From the NCBI GenBank assembly GCA_019828565.1, contig JAHDYR010000017.1:62001-126000 (forward strand): 64,000 nucleotides of DNA, in the 5' to 3' direction. The position numbers were made by a program, and so were the translations under genes. Below the pieces are notes generated by a model. The model ran no database searches. It was not told the DNA's origin and was given only the letters and a program-made list of their open reading frames with translations. The stretch comes from Carpediemonas membranifera BICM. Its lineage: Eukaryota; Protista; Fornicata. Below are positions 58,947-64,000 of this stretch, in pieces. The stretch's first letter is position 1; the number at the start of each line of letters is the position of its first letter.

Positions 58947-60440
58947 TTACTTTGTTCCAATTGCCCAGGAGAAGACGGCACCCGCCTTGTCACAACTGAC
59001 CACCGTTCCACTGTTCGAGGCGATGCATAGCACATCAGCGTCATGCCCCTTGACCACCGTTTCCAGGTTTCCAGACTGGAGGTTAAACACACAGATGCCG
59101 CCCCCTTTCGTTCCTACCAGTGCCGCCCGCCCTCCGCAAAGCGTTGCCCTGGAGTATCTGGCGGTCGATACGAAGGCGGGGTTCTTCATGCGCAGTGTGG
59201 CACCCAGGGCCCTGGTATCAAACACACAGAGCATCGAGTCTAGCCCGTTCGTCAGGAGTCGCGCCCCATCCCTAAACAGGGAGAGTGAGCTGATCAGCTG
59301 AGTGTGGGTCTTTGGCAATTCCATGCAAACGGACTGGCTTCTCGAGTCCCACAACTGGACTGTCCGGTTCAAATGGCTCGTCCACATCAGCCGGCCGTCT
59401 GCTGTAGGGGCAATGCAGGTCACCGGCGATCCTGTGGGCAATGATGTGATCAGCGAGCCCTTCTGCAGCGACCAGAGCTTGATGGTCCGGTCCTGTGAGC
59501 TGGACGCAGCACACTCGGAGTTGATACGGGATACGTCGAGAATAGACCCGCTATGGCCTGACATCGAGTGTCTTATCTTACCTGTGGTGTCGGTGCACCG
59601 CACCGCGCCGCTAGAGTACCCGGAAATAACCACACGGTCAGTGGCGAAATCCACAGAGGTAATGCCCGCAACACTGTCGCCTGCAGTGCCAATGCGGGAC
59701 CCATTGAGTGAGTCGAATGTGCGGACAGCCCTGTCGTCGCCACCGGTGGCAACGACCAGGCCATCGCTGGTCACAGAGCAGGCCAGCACCGCGCCCGTAT
59801 GGCCTTTGAGTGTGTGCTGGATTGATCTTGGCAGCATCAGGGGATGTGGGGATTCTTGGACGGCCTCAATTCTCCCGCCCGAGGGAGCTGGCCCAGTGAC
59901 TCCTTGCACCGGCCCGACAGTCTCAGTCATTTGGGCATGAGTCAGCTTAGCTTCCTGCAGCTGATCTATTGCCTGCTCGTGTATTTCCCGGACGCTGTCG
60001 AGCTCCATTCGTACCCTATCCGCCTCTGCCTGAGACGCGACAAAGTTGGACCTCATCAACCGCAACTCCCCTTCGAGCTCAGATATCCGCGTTTTCATCT
60101 CAAATATCTCCCCGTTCGCCTGAGAGAGCTGCTGCGTGAGTGAAGTAATGCGGGCTTCGGATGAGGCTGCCTTCTCCTTGCTTGCAACCAATTGGCCATG
60201 AAGAGTTAAGAGTGCTTGGCTAGTCGCATTATTTTGCATTGATTGGGCAGAATCGTCATCCTTTCGTGGTGTACCAGCCCCTCCTCTAAGCATTCGGGAT
60301 AGCGATCGCTCCAGAATGCTGCGCTGGCTGGAAAATGACCGGCAAATGGCCGTAAGGCGGTTATAATCGTTAATAACTGAGATAAGCTCCGGTTTCACAG
60401 CTTGATCTCTTTCATGAAGTCTGTTCAGCAGTTCCTCCAT
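58947..60440 (-). CDS. ATG16: ATG16L-like protein (N-terminal helix, coiled coil, C-terminal WD40 repeats)
   Basis: MEELLNRLHERD..INDYNRL N-terminus; long coiled coil; GH..TGGDDRAVR, SSSQDRTIKLW, TVQLWDSRS repeats. Confidence 0.7.
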   Translation of the reverse strand: MEELLNRLHERDQAVKPELISVINDYNRLTAICRSFSSQRSILERSLSRMLRGGAGTPRKDDDSAQSMQNNATSQALLTLHGQLVASKEKAASSEARITSLTQQLSQANGEIFEMKTRISELEGELRLMRSNFVASQAEADRVRMELDSVREIHEQAIDQLQEAKLTHAQMTETVGPVQGVTGPAPSGGRIEAVQESPHPLMLPRSIQHTLKGHTGAVLACSVTSDGLVVATGGDDRAVRTFDSLNGSRIGTAGDSVAGITSVDFATDRVVISGYSSGAVRCTDTTGKIRHSMSGHSGSILDVSRINSECAASSSQDRTIKLWSLQKGSLITSLPTGSPVTCIAPTADGRLMWTSHLNRTVQLWDSRSQSVCMELPKTHTQLISSLSLFRDGARLLTNGLDSMLCVFDTRALGATLRMKNPAFVSTARYSRATLCGGRAALVGTKGGGICVFNLQSGNLETVVKGHDADVLCIASNSGTVVSCDKAGAVFSWAIGTK

Positions 60441-60642
60441 CTGAGATAGATATGGCAAAAGTGCGCGATGTTCGCAAGGCCCATCAAATGGTCGGTAGCC
60501 ATCCCTGGTGGGACGGTGCCAGTAGGACGTCCCATGCGCCCAGGTGCGCTGGATATGAGACGTGCAGGTTAAATATACTTTCGCTGCCACGAGCAGCCAT
60601 CCACTAATCTGACCACAATAGTCCTTAGTTTCTTCCACACAA

Positions 60643-62028
60643 ATGAACGCATTCGTCATAGATTCATTTTTAGGGAAGGGGACATATGGAGTTGTATACA
60701 AGGTACGAAGAAAGAAGACTGGAAAAACGCTTGTAGTGAAAGAGATATCGACACGCTACATGTCAATGAAGGAAAAGCAGGATGCATTGAACGAGGTACG
60801 CCTTTTGGCTAGCCTCTCATGCCCGAATATCATCAGCTACGTTGACAGTTTCTTCGAAAGGGCCAGTGAAAAGCTCCTCCTGGTCATGGAATACGCCAGC
60901 AACGGTGATCTTCAGCAGGCTATCCATGCCCGGAAGCAGCGGCGGCAGTTGTATGAGGAGGCCCAAGTCTGGTCAATGTTTCTCCAGGTCGCCCTCGCGC
61001 TCAAGCACCTGCATGCGAAGAAGATCCTACATAGGGACCTCAAGACAGCCAACATCTTTCTGTGCGCCAATAATGTTGTCAAGCTTGGTGACCTCGGCGT
61101 GTCGAAGCTGCTCAAGGCTGACGACCAGCTCGCCAAGACATCCATCGGAACCCCTTACTATCTTAGCCCCGAGATCCTCAAGCAGAGGTCGTACAACGAC
61201 AAGTCCGACGTTTGGGCGTTGGGTTGTGTGCTTTATGAGCTGCTCACCTTCCGGCACCCGTTTGAGGGCCATGACATGAGGTCGCTAGCTTCCAGAGTGC
61301 TCCATGGAAACCGCCAGCCCATCGATAGACGCTACTCGGCTGACATGAACCGTGTACTGGACGCTCTGCTGACCCGTGATCCCTCCGCGCGGCTGTCGAT
61401 CGACGACTTGTTCAAGATGCCCGAAATCAGATCGCGGCTCCACCTCGTCAAGACCGCAGAGACCACATCAAGCGAGCAGGGACCGCCTGAGCTTGTGTCC
61501 AGCCCCACACAGAACAGGACTATGCTGGGCACTATCCGGTTCAAGAAGAAGGGGCTCAACTATGTCGTTGACCTGCCCGAGGCCAACTATGATGATCCCC
61601 GCCTCCCCGAGCCGAGTGTCGCACCCCAGCCTGCCCGGGTACACGCCCGAGCGGCGCTCAAGGCACCCCGTGCCGCCATACCCATGCTGGTGCCCAAACT
61701 AGGCCCCCTACCGACCATATCAGAGTCGACGGGGTCATCCGGGGCGGAGACACAGTCGCTGTACTCGAATAAGAGTCGTATGAGTGACGGGGGTCTGCAG
61801 CCGACGGCCAGACCAGTCGACCCCGCCCCCCGCTACAGCAAACCCGCCAAAGTTTATGTTTCAGAGCCGCCCCGCCGGTACAAGCCGGTCGAGCCCCGGC
61901 CCAGTGTGTATAGGTACCGGGCGCCGGCCAAGAATGTGCAGAGGCCGGCAGCAATGAGGCAACCCGTAGTGTATGCACAGGTAGATGCCGACCGCATTAG
62001 AGGGAAGCTCACTGGATGGGCAACTTAG
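60643..62028 (+). CDS. NEK: NIMA-related (NEK) Ser/Thr kinase
   Basis: LGKGTYG, VVKEI, ALNEVRLL, HRDLKTANIFL, KLGDLG, IGTPYYLSPE, KSDVWALG. Confidence 0.95.
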   Translation: MNAFVIDSFLGKGTYGVVYKVRRKKTGKTLVVKEISTRYMSMKEKQDALNEVRLLASLSCPNIISYVDSFFERASEKLLLVMEYASNGDLQQAIHARKQRRQLYEEAQVWSMFLQVALALKHLHAKKILHRDLKTANIFLCANNVVKLGDLGVSKLLKADDQLAKTSIGTPYYLSPEILKQRSYNDKSDVWALGCVLYELLTFRHPFEGHDMRSLASRVLHGNRQPIDRRYSADMNRVLDALLTRDPSARLSIDDLFKMPEIRSRLHLVKTAETTSSEQGPPELVSSPTQNRTMLGTIRFKKKGLNYVVDLPEANYDDPRLPEPSVAPQPARVHARAALKAPRAAIPMLVPKLGPLPTISESTGSSGAETQSLYSNKSRMSDGGLQPTARPVDPAPRYSKPAKVYVSEPPRRYKPVEPRPSVYRYRAPAKNVQRPAAMRQPVVYAQVDADRIRGKLTGWAT

Positions 62029-62283
62029 TTTATTGATTTTTGAGGAGCACTAGCTTTTAAATCGTATTTTTCCTGTATGGAATCGAACGTCCACGGTGTG
62101 GTGGGGCCGACCGGGCCCGTGCCAAGGTTAAGGTGTTTCGTTGGATCATTAAGAAGCATGGCATTGCATCGTCGCTCCCAGTCCTCTCCTGACATCAAGA
62201 TTCAAGGCATTTCCCGGGGTGCATTTTTGCCTTGCCACATCTGTGCTATGAAGGGTCAAACAATGTGTTTATACTGCGCAACA

Positions 62284-63346
62284 CTGCCCTGTCTCCCTCC
62301 TACTCACGTCTTAAGTCGGTAGGGAGATCGTCTTCTCCAGGGCTTCCACAAAGCGTCTTCTTCGTGGACGTCAGCACAGCTGCAAACATCACAATCGCTC
62401 ACACGTCGTCTCATTGTCTTCTATTCCACATCCAATAATGCCGAGGCTCCGCCCGCGCCGGATCCTGATGCCCACCTCATGGGGTTCGACCCGGGCGCGA
62501 GGTCCATCGGAGGGTATTACATCAGGCACCCCGATGGCACCACCAGCTCCGGCGTCCTTCCAAAGTGCGGATACACTAAGACGCCAAGTTTCGGCTTTGA
62601 TATGACGGCCGCGCCGTTCAAGAGCACAAGACTAGTGAGTATCAACAACTCTATTAGGTTTGTGCTGGACAACGCGAACGACATTTTCGAGGCTGGAATG
62701 CGTAAGTCTTTCCGCCGAGTGCGCTTTGCGAACCACATCCTTCGCCAGAAGCACTTCGCCCGCTGCGGCCAACAGTTGGCTCGGGAGTTCGGTCGCCACC
62801 ATCCCATCGCCACCCCCATTCGCCTGAAAGTCTTCTACGGGAGCTCGGGATTCACCACGCCTGCTGGTATGTTCATTCCTTGCGCGCCATATCGAAAGTT
62901 CGCGAGAGAGATAGTACCCCTTCTCAAGGGGTATAACATTGTCGTCGATCTTAACATGGTTAACGAGGACCGCACCACCGTCGTCTGCCCTCACTGCCAC
63001 GCCCCCTACAAGCGAGTTCGTCCGCGTGATGACCAGCACGTTCACCCACATCGTGTGATGCTCTGCGAAAATCCACAGTGCCGTGGTGCTCAGTGGCGCG
63101 CAACAGTTCCTGATGCTCTGAATGTTGATCATCGGGACAAGAGTGCTGCAGAGAACATCCTGTGGCGTTCTCTTGCCACGGAAGATGAGCTCGGTGGCTC
63201 TCCATTCAGTCGCACCTCGATCCCGCGCCTTCCAACATCATTCCAGTATCATCAATTGGTTAACCGCCAACATTCATCTACGGACGGATGATGTTGTGCA
63301 GTTTGGCACTTTGATCGTTCCTTTCAGGCCCTGTCTGGGAGGTTCG
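62284..63346 (+). mobile_element. 5'-truncated Fanzor element flanked by an exact 25-bp direct repeat
   Basis: AACAATGTGTTTATACTGCGCAACA at 62259..62283 and 63347..63371. Confidence 0.75.
62479..63291 (+). CDS. tnpB: Fanzor/TnpB-family nuclease, RuvC-Zn half only (frame open from 62323)
   Basis: RuvC-I GFDPG, Fanzor1-like VFYG..F..P, RuvC-II NEDRTT, CPHC..CENPQC zinc finger, RuvC-III HRDKSAAENI. Confidence 0.85.
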   Translation: MGFDPGARSIGGYYIRHPDGTTSSGVLPKCGYTKTPSFGFDMTAAPFKSTRLVSINNSIRFVLDNANDIFEAGMRKSFRRVRFANHILRQKHFARCGQQLAREFGRHHPIATPIRLKVFYGSSGFTTPAGMFIPCAPYRKFAREIVPLLKGYNIVVDLNMVNEDRTTVVCPHCHAPYKRVRPRDDQHVHPHRVMLCENPQCRGAQWRATVPDALNVDHRDKSAAENILWRSLATEDELGGSPFSRTSIPRLPTSFQYHQLVNRQHSSTDG

Positions 63347-63379
63347 AACAATGTGTTTATACTGCGCAACAACATCATC

Positions 63380-64000
63380 ATGCGCCTCGTAATCTGTGCA
63401 ATCTGCATCGCGGGTCTCGCTTTCGCAGCGGGTCTCGAAGACGCTCTTGTCTTTAACCCTTACTATTACATGTTCACGAATGCTGACCTGCTTCGTGACC
63501 ATATTAACAGCAAGGAGGCCGCTATTACTCACTGGAACGAGCACGGTGCTCGGGAATGCCGCAATGCTCACCCCACCTTCGACGTTGCGTCCTATTTCAA
63601 CATGAACCCCGACGTTGCCCGATCATGCAACAGACTGTGTGATTGCGGTGTGAGACATTTCATCACCAATGGCCACAGAGAGGGCAGACACACGTGGCAG
63701 CAGGGCAACAACGGGCGCTATACCATCTGGAATGCGGACAAGACTGTCACTGTGTCTACCGGCGGCCGTATGGCCGGTGCCATCGACTCCATCACCTACA
63801 AGGGCAGGGAGCTGCTCAACTCATACGACCATGGCAGAGAATGCCAGTACGCCATTACAGTCGGCTATGGCGAGTGCCTTAACCCTACCGAGGCTGGCAG
63901 CAGCAGCGACGGCCTTGCCGACACGACCACGAGCAAGCTCCTCGGCATCAGATGCGACGGCTCATCCCTCCAGACTACATCCCAGTCTGCTTTCTGTATG
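63380..64000 (+). CDS. Secreted protein (signal peptide, two F-x3-Y-x3-N-x-D repeats, bacterial-like C-terminal domain); runs off the window
   Basis: Manual translation: MRLVICAICIAGLAFAA-GLEDALVFNPYYYMFTNADL..FDVASYFNMNPDV..HFITNGHREGR..AGAIDSITYKGRELLNSYDHGR..NPTEAGS; no stop before 64000. Confidence 0.75.
   Translation, partial: MRLVICAICIAGLAFAAGLEDALVFNPYYYMFTNADLLRDHINSKEAAITHWNEHGARECRNAHPTFDVASYFNMNPDVARSCNRLCDCGVRHFITNGHREGRHTWQQGNNGRYTIWNADKTVTVSTGGRMAGAIDSITYKGRELLNSYDHGRECQYAITVGYGECLNPTEAGSSSDGLADTTTSKLLGIRCDGSSLQTTSQSAFCM

Noticed and set aside
60441-60701. N-terminal extension of the ATG16-like ORF shown in the ORF track
   Set aside because: It starts at a non-ATG codon and overlaps the NEK start; more likely the shared divergent promoter region.

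Overview
Eukaryotic protist DNA. Two host introns are 28 nt long and end in a fused branch-point/3' splice motif (CCAACTCAC[A/G]CAG), which suggests a metamonad/fornicate such as a Carpediemonas-like organism (inference). Positions 1-54.9 kb are a nested transposon island with five components. (i) Copies and pieces of a giant DNA transposon with 5'-CATGC termini, ~60-bp TIRs, a 2-bp TSD and a Chapaev/Transib/EnSpm-like transposase. Its cargo includes SET, PHD, OTU-protease, HEPN, protein-kinase and recombinase core-binding-like genes and an apparent PIWI gene fragment; the SET cassette is tandemly amplified. (ii) Three chromodomain-bearing Ty3/Gypsy families with very short LTRs (57, 90, 94 bp), each with a perfect 12-bp palindrome where the tRNA primer-binding site should be. 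(iii) An APE-RT LINE. (iv) A retroposed insert with a 17-bp TSD. (v) An IS630/Tc1-like element with a convergent zinc-knuckle ORF. Positions 54.9-64 kb are compact host genes: a 5'-truncated PUM3/Puf6-like gene, cytosine deaminase, a permuted NlpC/P60 protein with a CaaX box, an ATG16L-like WD40 protein, a NEK kinase and a secreted protein. Among them is a 5'-truncated Fanzor (eukaryotic TnpB) bracketed by an exact 25-bp duplication of its predicted guide sequence. Many single-base frameshifts fall in homopolymer runs and are probably assembly errors. All protein assignments come from reading motifs by eye; no database search was run.
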